Source: an uncultured Acidobacteriota bacterium
GTDB lineage: Bacteria > Actinomycetota > Acidimicrobiia > Spongiisociales > ZC4RG35
Assembly: GCA_963746905.1 (NCBI GenBank)
Contig: CAVVCY010000003.1
Location: forward strand, 949,014-1,013,013
Direction of reading: 5' to 3'
Length of the DNA stretch: 64,000 nucleotides
Position numbers and translations under genes: made by a program. The stretch's first letter is position 1. The number at the start of each line of letters is the position of its first letter. Below, piece by piece: positions 18,322 through 27,130 of this stretch. The notes beneath the pieces are model-generated. The model was not told the origin of the DNA and searched no databases. It saw nothing but the letters and a program-made list of their open reading frames with translations.

Positions 18322-19212
18322 TCAGTCTTGGATCAATGGCAGCACATGTTCGCTGGCCTTCATGACCATCCAGTCGTAGAACTCCTCGCTCAACGTCGAG
18401 CTTCCATGGTCCTGGATGAACTTGAGCTGCTCGGGTGAGATGCCCTGGGGGTTGTGCTCGATGGCATTCGGATAGTGATTGGCCGGGGTGCGGTCGATCG
18501 GAGCTACGAACTCCATTGTCATCGCGCCGTCGTAACCGACCTCCCTCAAGATCGACACGACTTCTTTCCAGTCATAGTCGCCCATGCCCGGAGGCATCCG
18601 ATTGTTCTCGGCGACATGGAAGTCGGTGAGCCTGGGTCCAACGTCACGAATCGCCTGACGCCAGTCGGCTTCTTCGATGTTGATGTGAAATGCATCCATG
18701 CACACCCCACAGTCGGGGCCGGTCGCCTCGGCGAGCGCTAGGGCTTGTTCGCCGCGGTTGATGAAATAGGTCTCGAAGCGGTTGAGCGGCTCGATGCAAG
18801 GGCGGACCCCCTCGATGAGAGCGTGAGCCATGATCTCGGTCATCCCGTCGACCGCCCACTTCCATTCTTCCTCGGGGGAGGCGTCCGGGATGATCTTGCC
18901 GACGGTGGCCGGAACGATGGTGATCTCATAGCCCTCGAGCTCCTTGACCATCGTGATGCAGTCCTTCACGTACTTGACAGAGGCCTCCCGCTGGGCTTCG
19001 TCTTTGGCGACCAGGTTTCGCTCACCGAGCATCAGGGTCACCGCTCCCCAGCACTTGAGGCCGGCATCTTTGAGCAGGCCGCCAACGTGCTTTGTGTCGT
19101 AGATGTCGGGCTCTCCACTGATCTCGATACTGGAATATCCGAACTTCGCCAGCCGGGCGATCGTCACCTCGATGGGCTCCGCTCGCATCCAGTTGTGCAT
19201 CGACAAATGCAT
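18322..19212 (-). CDS. sugar phosphate isomerase/epimerase (xylose isomerase-like TIM barrel)
   Basis: ORF 18322..19287 trimmed to Met26 (MHLSMHNWMRAEP) at 19212, preceded by GAGGAGG. AP_endonuc_2-like pattern (CMDAFHINIEE, HVAENNRMPPGMG). Confidence 0.8.
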   Translation of the reverse strand: MHLSMHNWMRAEPIEVTIARLAKFGYSSIEISGEPDIYDTKHVGGLLKDAGLKCWGAVTLMLGERNLVAKDEAQREASVKYVKDCITMVKELEGYEITIVPATVGKIIPDASPEEEWKWAVDGMTEIMAHALIEGVRPCIEPLNRFETYFINRGEQALALAEATGPDCGVCMDAFHINIEEADWRQAIRDVGPRLTDFHVAENNRMPPGMGDYDWKEVVSILREVGYDGAMTMEFVAPIDRTPANHYPNAIEHNPQGISPEQLKFIQDHGSSTLSEEFYDWMVMKASEHVLPLIQD

Positions 19213-19262
19213 CGTTGGTCCTCCTCGGACTAGGGAGCAGACCGGGTTCTGCTCGCCCGAAA

Positions 19263-19284
19263 ATTGTATACAGGTTTGTACACA
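19263..19284. promoter_or_regulatory. candidate GntR-type operator (TGTATACA palindrome plus TGTACA)
   Basis: An AT-rich pocket, ATTGTATACAGGTTTGTACACA, in otherwise GC-rich DNA. It sits in the 114-bp divergent region between the minus-strand operon that encodes GntR and the ABC transporter operon. Confidence 0.35.
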
Positions 19285-19326
19285 CACGTCCCGACGGGGC
19301 GTGGTACTTTCCTCGCCGGTGACTAG

Positions 19327-20409
19327 ATGAATCTGGCGAGTGCTGCCGGATCCGACACGTTGACCCCCGCCCGTAGCCGGCCAGAGCTGCGGCGTCGCCT
19401 GGTGCTGGGCTTGATGGTCGTGCCACTGCTGCTCGTGCTTGCCTGGGTGCTCTTCCTGGCCAACGGGACCTCGGCTGGCCCCGCCATCAGGGAGCCAGGC
19501 GAATTCCTGGTCACGCTTCTCGACGGGATCACTGTGGCCGGGCTCTTTTTCGTGGTCGCCTCAGGCTTCACCCTCATCTTTGGGCTGATGCGCACCGTGA
19601 ACATGGCGCACGGCTCGCTGTTCGCGATGGCCGCCTACATCGGGATCACAGTGCAGCAGACGATGGTCGGCAAGACCCGCAACATCGAGGCCGCCGACGT
19701 GAGCATGGCTGCCTGGTTTGTGCCACTGCTGGTTGGCGCGCTTGTGGCTGCTCTGATCGGCATCGCCATCCAACAGGTGCTGCTGCGATGGAATGAGGGC
19801 CAGGAGCTTCGCCAAGCACTGATCACCCTGGCCGTGGCTGTCATCCTCAGCGATCAGATGTTGGCATGGTTCGGCGGTCTGGCACAGCGGATGGTGTGGC
19901 CGGGAGCTGTGACCCATTTCTTCGAGATCGCGGGCCAACGCTACGCCACCTCACGCCTGTTCATGCTCGCGATCGCGATCGTGGTCGGCGTGGGCCTATG
20001 GCTCTGGCTCGGGCGAACCCGCATGGGCATGGTCATCCGTGCCGGCGTCGACGACAGGGACATGGTCCGGGCTCTCGGCATCAACATCATGGCCGTCTTC
20101 GCGATCACGTTTTTCGTGGGAGCGTTCCTGGCCGGAGTTGGAGGGATCATGGGAGCGTCTTTCGCCGGAGTTGCCCCGGGGGCCGACGGCCAGTGGCTTC
20201 TCAACTCCCTCGTGGTGGTGATCATCGGGGGCTTGGGCTCCTTGAAGGGCGCGGTAGCGGGATCGCTGTTGTTCGGTCTCGTGGTTTCGTTCTCGCCCGC
20301 GTATCTGCCACAAGAGTTCACCTTCTACAGCATCATTCTCACCTTCGTACTGCTGGCCGTGGTGCTGGCCGTCAGGCCATACGGCCTGTTCGGGAAGGCG
20401 GCTGCCTGA
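19327..20409 (+). CDS. branched-chain amino acid type ABC transporter permease (LivH family)
   Basis: GITVAGLFFVVASGFTLIFGLMRTVNMAHGSLFAMAAY matches the LivH N-terminal core. It carries an extra N-terminal TM extension, so the start is uncertain. Confidence 0.8.
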   Translation: MNLASAAGSDTLTPARSRPELRRRLVLGLMVVPLLLVLAWVLFLANGTSAGPAIREPGEFLVTLLDGITVAGLFFVVASGFTLIFGLMRTVNMAHGSLFAMAAYIGITVQQTMVGKTRNIEAADVSMAAWFVPLLVGALVAALIGIAIQQVLLRWNEGQELRQALITLAVAVILSDQMLAWFGGLAQRMVWPGAVTHFFEIAGQRYATSRLFMLAIAIVVGVGLWLWLGRTRMGMVIRAGVDDRDMVRALGINIMAVFAITFFVGAFLAGVGGIMGASFAGVAPGADGQWLLNSLVVVIIGGLGSLKGAVAGSLLFGLVVSFSPAYLPQEFTFYSIILTFVLLAVVLAVRPYGLFGKAAA

Positions 20410-21422
20410 TGATGAGCAAGTCGCGGATCGCTTTCCTTCTTGTCATTGCAGCGGTGGTGGCCCTGCCGTTGATCGGGTCTGACTTCTTCATCTCGTTCCT
20501 GATGACCAGGGTCCTGATCCTCGCCATCGCAGCTGCCTCGATCGTTTTCCTGTTCCGTTACGGGGGGATGACCTCGCTAGCCCAATTCCTCATTTTCGGT
20601 GTGGCCGGGTTCATGGTGGGCAACGCCGTTGCCGAGTCCGGTAAGGGGCTCAAGCTGGGCTGGGGGCCATGGGTTGCCGTCGCCTTCGCGCTCGGGATAT
20701 GCCTGCTCGTCGCTTTGATCCTCGGCGCCTTGGCGAGCCGGACGAGTGGGATCTATTTCCTGATGCTGACCCTCACGTACGCGGTCATCGGCTACTACTT
20801 CTTCGGCCAGGTGACATCTCTTTCAGGATTCGGGGGGATCACCGGAATTAGGCCTCCTCCGTTCTTCGATGGGCACCCCGATCGCCTGTACTACGCGGCG
20901 GTGGGCCTTTCGATTGTTGCTTATGTCGGGTTCAAGGCGATCGCACGGACTCCGTTCGGGCTGGCGTTGCAAGGGACCCGTGACGACCCGGTGAGGATGG
21001 CCTCACTTGGTTTCAATGTCCCGTTGCATCGCACCCTGGCGTTCGTGATTGCCGGGTTCGTTACCGGGTGCGCCGGGATCCTCTATATCTGGTGGAACGG
21101 CCAGATCGATCCGACATCGATCTCGATCGGCCCCACCCTCGATCTCCTCATCATCGCCGTGATCGGCGGCATCTCCTACTTCGAAGGTGCTTGGCTAGGC
21201 GCCCTGGTTTACGTGCTGGCCAACAACTATTTGCGAAACGTCCCGCTGCTCGATCAGATCGGTATCACGGAGGCTCGATTCAACACAGTGATCGGTCTTC
21301 TGGTGCTGCTGATCATGATCCTCTCACCTGAGGGGATCATGGGCATCGTCGACCGACTTGGTCGTGGTGGCCGGGGCGCCGAGCCTTCGGTGCCTTCCAT
21401 TGCGAAAGTCGAGACAGGTTGA
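20409..21422 (+). CDS. branched-chain amino acid type ABC transporter permease (LivM family)
   Basis: ORF 19866..21422 trimmed to Met182 at 20409, overlapping the livH-like stop. Polytopic, with LQGTRDDPVRMASLGFNV (LivM motif). Confidence 0.8.
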   Translation: MMSKSRIAFLLVIAAVVALPLIGSDFFISFLMTRVLILAIAAASIVFLFRYGGMTSLAQFLIFGVAGFMVGNAVAESGKGLKLGWGPWVAVAFALGICLLVALILGALASRTSGIYFLMLTLTYAVIGYYFFGQVTSLSGFGGITGIRPPPFFDGHPDRLYYAAVGLSIVAYVGFKAIARTPFGLALQGTRDDPVRMASLGFNVPLHRTLAFVIAGFVTGCAGILYIWWNGQIDPTSISIGPTLDLLIIAVIGGISYFEGAWLGALVYVLANNYLRNVPLLDQIGITEARFNTVIGLLVLLIMILSPEGIMGIVDRLGRGGRGAEPSVPSIAKVETG

Positions 21423-21493
21423 TGCTGAAGCCGGCGGACGAAACAAAAGGAAAGGTGAGTGGCATCGGCAACTCACCGTTATGAGGAGGAAAG

Positions 21494-23008
21494 ATGAGAG
21501 CATCTAACACGGGACGTGTGAGGCCAGCCTGGTGGCTGGTCATCCTCACCGTCCTCGCGTTGACGCTGGCCGCGTGTGGCGAGGATGCCACCGACGGGAG
21601 CACCACGTCGACGGGGGCCACCGCAACCACGGAAGCCCCGACGGGGACCACGAGCGCTCCCGGCACCACGGTCGCCGGAGGTGAAGCAATCAAGCTCGGC
21701 ATCCTCGCCGAGTGTGAGGGGGCCTTCGGTGGCTTCAATGAGGACGTCGTCGCCGGAGTGGTGCTGGGCCTCATCAATGGTGCCGGGGCCACCAGCGTTT
21801 CGCGGACAACCGCCCTCGAAGGGTGGACCGGCGCGGTCGCAGGTGGTCGCGAGATCGAACTGGTAGGCATCGGCTGTGGTGACGACACCGCGGACAAGAT
21901 CATCCAGGAAGTTCGGAAATTGGTCGAGGAGAACGGCGCCGAGGTCGTTATCGGCCCGCTCTCGGGCGACGAGTCGATCGCCATCGCCAACTATGCGAAG
22001 GATCATCCTGAGGTGACCTTCCTCAGTGGCATCGGCGGCGCCCAGGAAACCACACTGCAAGTGCAGGCTCCCAACTTCTTCAGGTTCCACGGCGACGGTG
22101 CCCAGTGGAATGCAGGTCTGGGTGACCTCTTGCACAACACGGCCGGTTGGGATACCGCAGCGGTCATCGCCGACGACTACAGCTTCGGCTGGACGTCATC
22201 TGCGGGATTCATCGCCGACTTCTGTGCGGTCGGTGGGACGATCGCACCCGAGCATCGGATCTATCCACCATTGGGGACGACCGACTATTCGTCGTTCATC
22301 CAGCAGCTCCCCGACCCAGATGAGGTCGACGGTTACTTCTGGGTTGTCGGCGGAACCGGTACCCAGGCCGCACTCGAGGCCTTCGTCAATGCCAAGGGCG
22401 AACTGACAGGGGCCCAGCATGCTGGGAACCTGTTCTTCAACCCCGGTCTGGCGGCAGCCCTGGGCCCGAACATCGCGGGTGCCTATGTGGGTGGGTTTGC
22501 CACTCCCCCCGGCGATGTGGTCACGCCTGAGATCACGGCGTATCTGGACAGTGCCAACGCAGCCTGGGATACCCTGGCTGGGGCCTTGACCGGCAACGAG
22601 CCGGGCGATCCGTCGATAGCGGCGGGATTCGGGTTCTTCTACGGGTTCTACAGCGGCACCACAGCGCTCGTCAATGCGCTGAATGCCGTCAATGGTGACC
22701 TGTCGAACAATCACGAAGCGCTTCGCGCTGAATTGTCCGGCATGACTGCCGAACTGCCGTATGGCCCGGTGAAGCTCGACGCGAACCGTCAGGGCATCGT
22801 CGACGTCTACCTCTCACAGCTGGTCCTCGATGGGGAGGACGTGGTCCAAAGCACGGTCGCGCTCATCCCACAGGTCGACCAGACCTTCGGAGGAACGTTC
22901 AGTGGAGACACCCCAGGACCGTCGCGAGACTTCCCCGGGTGTGAGACAGCGGATCTGCCGTGGGCCGGGAATGCAATTCCCGTCGTCGACGGCGTTCCCC
23001 AAGGATAA
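21494..23008 (+). CDS. ABC transporter substrate-binding lipoprotein (type 1 PBP, Leu/Ile/Val-binding family)
   Basis: Lipobox LTLAAC, a Thr/Ala-rich linker, then IKLGILAECEGAFGGF ... IGPLSGDESIA. Sits between the permease and ATPase genes. Confidence 0.8.
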   Translation: MRASNTGRVRPAWWLVILTVLALTLAACGEDATDGSTTSTGATATTEAPTGTTSAPGTTVAGGEAIKLGILAECEGAFGGFNEDVVAGVVLGLINGAGATSVSRTTALEGWTGAVAGGREIELVGIGCGDDTADKIIQEVRKLVEENGAEVVIGPLSGDESIAIANYAKDHPEVTFLSGIGGAQETTLQVQAPNFFRFHGDGAQWNAGLGDLLHNTAGWDTAAVIADDYSFGWTSSAGFIADFCAVGGTIAPEHRIYPPLGTTDYSSFIQQLPDPDEVDGYFWVVGGTGTQAALEAFVNAKGELTGAQHAGNLFFNPGLAAALGPNIAGAYVGGFATPPGDVVTPEITAYLDSANAAWDTLAGALTGNEPGDPSIAAGFGFFYGFYSGTTALVNALNAVNGDLSNNHEALRAELSGMTAELPYGPVKLDANRQGIVDVYLSQLVLDGEDVVQSTVALIPQVDQTFGGTFSGDTPGPSRDFPGCETADLPWAGNAIPVVDGVPQG

Positions 23009-23020
23009 GTAAGGGCCTTC

Positions 23021-23812
23021 GTGGGGCTTAGTCCCGATTCACCGACCGAAACCGCTCAGGGCGAGGCCCTCGGGCTTCGGTCGGTGACGAAGGCATTCGG
23101 AGGCCTTGTGGCCGTGGACGGCGTCGATCTCGATGTCGCCCACGGCCAACGCCTCGGCCTCCTCGGCCCCAACGGCGCTGGGAAGACAACCCTCTTCAAT
23201 CTGATTGCTGGCGACCTGAGGGCTACCTCGGGAACGATCCGAATCGGAGGCGTCGACTGCACGATGTTGCCATCGCGGCATCGGGCGAGCCTCGGAGTGG
23301 CCCGCACCTACCAGCGCACCCGCCTCTTCGGCGGTTTGACTGTGGCCGACAACCTCTACCTGGCCCAGACCGGCAAGAGTGGGCGGCATCGAGCGTTGTG
23401 GCGGTCGGCGGTGGATGATGTATATGAAGAGAAGGCCCGCGCCGCAGCAGAAAAGGTTTGGCTGGGCAAACGGATGGCCGACGTCGTCGAGGACCTTTCC
23501 CACGGCGAGCATCGTCAGCTCGAGGTGGCCATGGCGTTGGTCACCGATCCGGCGATCCTCATGCTCGACGAGCCCGCCTCGGGCCTTTCGCAGGGTGAGC
23601 GCGAGAATCTCACACAACTCCTGCTTGGCTTGCCCCGCGAGCTGACCCTGATTCTGATCGAGCACGACATGGATGTTGCGCTCAAGGCTGCCGAGCAAAT
23701 CGTGGTGATGTCCGATGGCAAGGTCGTCGCGTCGGGCACCACTGAAGAGATCCGTGATGATCCAGTCGTTCATGAGGTCTATTTGGGGGAAGCAGAGAAG
23801 GGTCACCGGTGA
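23021..23812 (+). CDS. ABC transporter ATP-binding protein (LivG-like)
   Basis: Walker A GPNGAGKTT, signature LSHGEHRQLEVA, Walker B ILMLDEPASG. Confidence 0.9.
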   Translation: MGLSPDSPTETAQGEALGLRSVTKAFGGLVAVDGVDLDVAHGQRLGLLGPNGAGKTTLFNLIAGDLRATSGTIRIGGVDCTMLPSRHRASLGVARTYQRTRLFGGLTVADNLYLAQTGKSGRHRALWRSAVDDVYEEKARAAAEKVWLGKRMADVVEDLSHGEHRQLEVAMALVTDPAILMLDEPASGLSQGERENLTQLLLGLPRELTLILIEHDMDVALKAAEQIVVMSDGKVVASGTTEEIRDDPVVHEVYLGEAEKGHR

Positions 23813-24519
23813 CCGATCAACTCCTGGAAGTTCAGGGATTGGAGGCCGGATATGGCCAGTCGAGGGTCCTCGACGGCGTCTCCTTCTCGATGGGCACCGA
23901 GTCGGTGGCGATCATCGGCCGCAATGGCATGGGGAAGACCACATTGTGCAAGGCGTTGATGGGTCTCATCCGACCCAGTGCCGGGTCGGTGAGGTTTGAT
24001 GGAGTGGTGCTCAACGGTCTGACGCCGGAAAAGATCTCGCGGGTCGGAATCGGCTATGTCCCCCAGGGTCGACGCTTGTTCCCCTCATTGACTGTCGACG
24101 AGCATCTCCGCATGTTGGCGAACGGGGCCAAGGGAAAGCGGTGGACCTCCGAAAGTGTCTATGAGCTGTTCCCACGACTCGCCCAGCGACGCCAGAATCG
24201 GGGCGGTGAGCTCTCCGGCGGGGAGCAGCAGATGCTCGCTGTCGGCCGGGCGCTGATGCTGAACAGCAAGTTGCTCCTCATGGACGAGCCATCCGAGGGC
24301 CTTGCCCCGACGATCGTCGATACTCTCATCGCCGCCGTCATCGCGCTGGTCGAAGAAGGGGTGGCAGTTCTTGCAGTGGAGCAGAACATTCACGCTGCCA
24401 CGGCGATGGCAGATCGGCAGCTGGCAATGGTCTCAGGCCGGATCGAGGCTGAGTTCGGGGCCGAGGAGCTTCGAAACGACCCCATCCTGCAACGCCGGTA
24501 TCTCGGGGTCGATGCTTAG
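23809..24519 (+). CDS. ABC transporter ATP-binding protein (LivF-like)
   Basis: Walker A GRNGMGKTT, signature LSGGEQQMLAVG, Walker B LLLMDEPSEG. GTGA overlap with the previous gene. Confidence 0.9.
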   Translation: MTDQLLEVQGLEAGYGQSRVLDGVSFSMGTESVAIIGRNGMGKTTLCKALMGLIRPSAGSVRFDGVVLNGLTPEKISRVGIGYVPQGRRLFPSLTVDEHLRMLANGAKGKRWTSESVYELFPRLAQRRQNRGGELSGGEQQMLAVGRALMLNSKLLLMDEPSEGLAPTIVDTLIAAVIALVEEGVAVLAVEQNIHAATAMADRQLAMVSGRIEAEFGAEELRNDPILQRRYLGVDA

Positions 24520-24548
24520 CCGAGTCCCGAAGAGAGGAATAACACTCA

Positions 24549-25733
24549 ATGACCGTGACCAATATCGCATTGCTGGGCTCCAAGTTCATGGGACGTGCCC
24601 ACTCCAACGCCTGGATGAGCGTTGGCAAATTCTTCCCGGAAGCCGGCGCAGCGGCTCTCCACACAGTCGCTGCTCGAAATGCCGAGGAGCTCGAGAAGTT
24701 CGCGGCCACGTGGGGTTGGTCGTCCTGGACCACCGATTGGCACGCCGCCGTCACCGATCCTGAGGTCGACCTCGTCGACATCGCAACGCCAAACGATGTC
24801 CACGCTGAACAGGCAATAGCCGCCCTCGAGGCAGGCAAGCACGTCGCCTGCGAGAAGCCGATGGCAGCGACCCTCGATGGCGCCAAGGCAATGGCCGCCG
24901 CGGCGGCTGCCGCCGACGGCAAGGCCTATGTCTGGTACATGTATCGCCGGGTGCCGGCTCTGGCTCTGGCCTATCGATTGGTTCGAGGCGGGGCCCTGGG
25001 TCGGATCTATCACAGCCGGGCCGCCTACCTCCAGAGTTGGGGCGGGCCGAGCACACCACTCCTGTGGCGATTTCAGGGCGAGGTTGCAGGTTCGGGCGCA
25101 CACGGTGATCTCAATGCCCACATCATCGATGCCGTTCGGTTCCTCACCGGGGAGGAGATCGTCACTGTCGATGGGGCGATCGAGCACACCTTCATCGAAG
25201 AGCGAGCGCTCCTCGAGGGCGGCTCGGGAGGAGAGATCGCCGGCTCCGGCGCCCACACTTCGGGGGGTCTCGGCAAGAGCACTGTCGACGATGCGGTGCT
25301 CTTCATCGGCAGACTGTCCGGAGGGGGGCTGGCCAGCTTCGAGGCGACGAGGTTGGCGACCGGCTATCACAACGCAAATCGCATCGAGGTCCACGGCGAA
25401 AGAGGAGCCATCCGCTTCGACTTCGAGCGAATGAACGAACTGGGGTTCTACGACGCCAGTGGCGAGGGCGCCAGTCAAGGGTGGACAACCATCGACGTCA
25501 CCCGAGGTGGCGACGGCCATCCCTATGCCGGCGCCTGGTGGCCCGATAGCCATGGGCTCGGGTACGAGAACACATTCGTCAATCAGGCTGCGGACATGCT
25601 CCAGGTGATCGGTGGGGGGGAGCCTGTGGTTCCCTTGCCGGACTTTGCCGACGCCCTCGAAACCCAAAAGGTGCTCACGGCGGCTCTCATGTCGGCGCGC
25701 GAGCACGCCCCGATCGACATCACCGAACTCTGA
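24549..25733 (+). CDS. Gfo/Idh/MocA family oxidoreductase
   Basis: [18 protein letters not shown] Rossmann start and the VACEKPMA motif. Confidence 0.85.
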   Translation: MTVTNIALLGSKFMGRAHSNAWMSVGKFFPEAGAAALHTVAARNAEELEKFAATWGWSSWTTDWHAAVTDPEVDLVDIATPNDVHAEQAIAALEAGKHVACEKPMAATLDGAKAMAAAAAAADGKAYVWYMYRRVPALALAYRLVRGGALGRIYHSRAAYLQSWGGPSTPLLWRFQGEVAGSGAHGDLNAHIIDAVRFLTGEEIVTVDGAIEHTFIEERALLEGGSGGEIAGSGAHTSGGLGKSTVDDAVLFIGRLSGGGLASFEATRLATGYHNANRIEVHGERGAIRFDFERMNELGFYDASGEGASQGWTTIDVTRGGDGHPYAGAWWPDSHGLGYENTFVNQAADMLQVIGGGEPVVPLPDFADALETQKVLTAALMSAREHAPIDITEL

Positions 25734-25753
25734 CACCCAACGAGAGGAACCAA

Positions 25754-26998
25754 ATGAGCACTGCTGCACCCTTTGAGCCAACATTCATGCCCGTCGGCGT
25801 GTTGACAGCCGCCCTTCAGGAATTGACGCCACGTGAGAAGCGGGATCCCGATCCCGACCTCGCCATCGAGGAATGGCTTCAATTCGCGTCGGAGTTGGGC
25901 GCCGACTGCATCGAGCTGTCAGCGGCCGTCCATCCTGACCTCGCCGACATCCCTCCCGAGGCGATGCTGGATCCGGTGGCCAACACCCTTGACCTGCGTC
26001 AACCGTTCGACCAAAGCCGGGCTCGTCGGGTCCAAGCGGCAGTCGACTCCACCGGGGTTCGCATCGTCGACATCGCGTATTTCGACAACCTCTTACATCA
26101 GGACCCTGACATACGCCGTCAGAAGCACGAATTCATGTTGCGCGTGATGGACACCGCGGTCCTGTTGGGAGCGCCGGCCGTGGCCGGCTTCGTGGGTCGT
26201 GACCAGACCAAGTCGATGGACCAGAACCTCATCGAGTACGAAGAGAGCTTCATCCCGCTGCTGCAGGCAGCCAAAGACCGAGGCCTCATGTATCGCGTGG
26301 AGCAGTGCCCGATGCCGGGGTGGACTCCCAGTGACAACTACCACAACAACATCGGCTACACGCCTGCGATGTGGATTGCCCTCCACAAGATCGCTGAGAA
26401 GCACGGCCTGGGCGATCAGTTCAGGATCCACTACGACCCGTCGCACTCGGTGCTTATGGGTCAGGACACCCGGTCGATGTTCCAATACTTGAAGGATGAG
26501 GGCTACGCATTCCTCATCGGAGGGCTCCACGTCAAGGGTCAGGTGATCGACAGCCGCGGAGTCTCGGCATGGGGCTACGGCGGCCAGACAGTCCAGCGCG
26601 GCGACTGGATCGATGGCGAGATCTCGCCGAATCCGGCCGATCACGCCAAGGCGTGGCTCATTCAGACCGTGCTGGCCGAACATGAGCTGCCGGGCACTGC
26701 AAAGCATGACCCGCTCGCCTATCTCCAGAACCGATCGGTTGACTGGCTCGACCATCAATTGGCGCTCCGCGAATTGCTCGATCTCGACGTGGCAACGACT
26801 CCTCTGATCGTCGAGCACGAATACCCCCTGGCGCGCGTCCAGGACAAGGACAACCTTCGGCCAATACTCGAAGGGTCGATCGCATTCACCCGGTACATCG
26901 ATCAGGCGGCCGCGGCGATGTATTCGCTGCAGAACCAGGTGCTCGCGTCGCAGGGCATCCCGGTTCAGGGGGTCGGGCGAGAGGCTTATCGAAGCTGA
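25754..26998 (+). CDS. sugar phosphate isomerase/epimerase family protein (xylose isomerase-like TIM barrel, long form)
   Basis: TIM-barrel-like pattern ([24 protein letters not shown]). It is a common genomic partner of Gfo/Idh/MocA genes. Family call is moderate. Confidence 0.65.
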   Translation: MSTAAPFEPTFMPVGVLTAALQELTPREKRDPDPDLAIEEWLQFASELGADCIELSAAVHPDLADIPPEAMLDPVANTLDLRQPFDQSRARRVQAAVDSTGVRIVDIAYFDNLLHQDPDIRRQKHEFMLRVMDTAVLLGAPAVAGFVGRDQTKSMDQNLIEYEESFIPLLQAAKDRGLMYRVEQCPMPGWTPSDNYHNNIGYTPAMWIALHKIAEKHGLGDQFRIHYDPSHSVLMGQDTRSMFQYLKDEGYAFLIGGLHVKGQVIDSRGVSAWGYGGQTVQRGDWIDGEISPNPADHAKAWLIQTVLAEHELPGTAKHDPLAYLQNRSVDWLDHQLALRELLDLDVATTPLIVEHEYPLARVQDKDNLRPILEGSIAFTRYIDQAAAAMYSLQNQVLASQGIPVQGVGREAYRS

Positions 26999-27083
26999 TT
27001 CTCAACTGATTGGACGCTATGGGCCGCCCCGAGGTCGAGCCTTGCCGGAGCGTGGTGCGGGTCGGGCTAATACGTCCCGTCCG

Positions 27084-27089
27084 TATAAT
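27084..27089 (+). promoter_or_regulatory. candidate -10 box TATAAT upstream of hppA
   Basis: Perfect TATAAT 42 nt upstream of the hppA ATG. No convincing -35 at 17 nt spacing. Confidence 0.3.
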
Positions 27090-27130
27090 CCGCCTCGCCG
27101 GTCGCCTGCCTCAATGACGAGGTCCTTTCG

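Noticed and set aside
24546-25784. 412-aa minus-strand ORF
   Set aside because: It is fully antisense to the well-supported Gfo/Idh/MocA gene. No motifs, and high-GC artefact composition.
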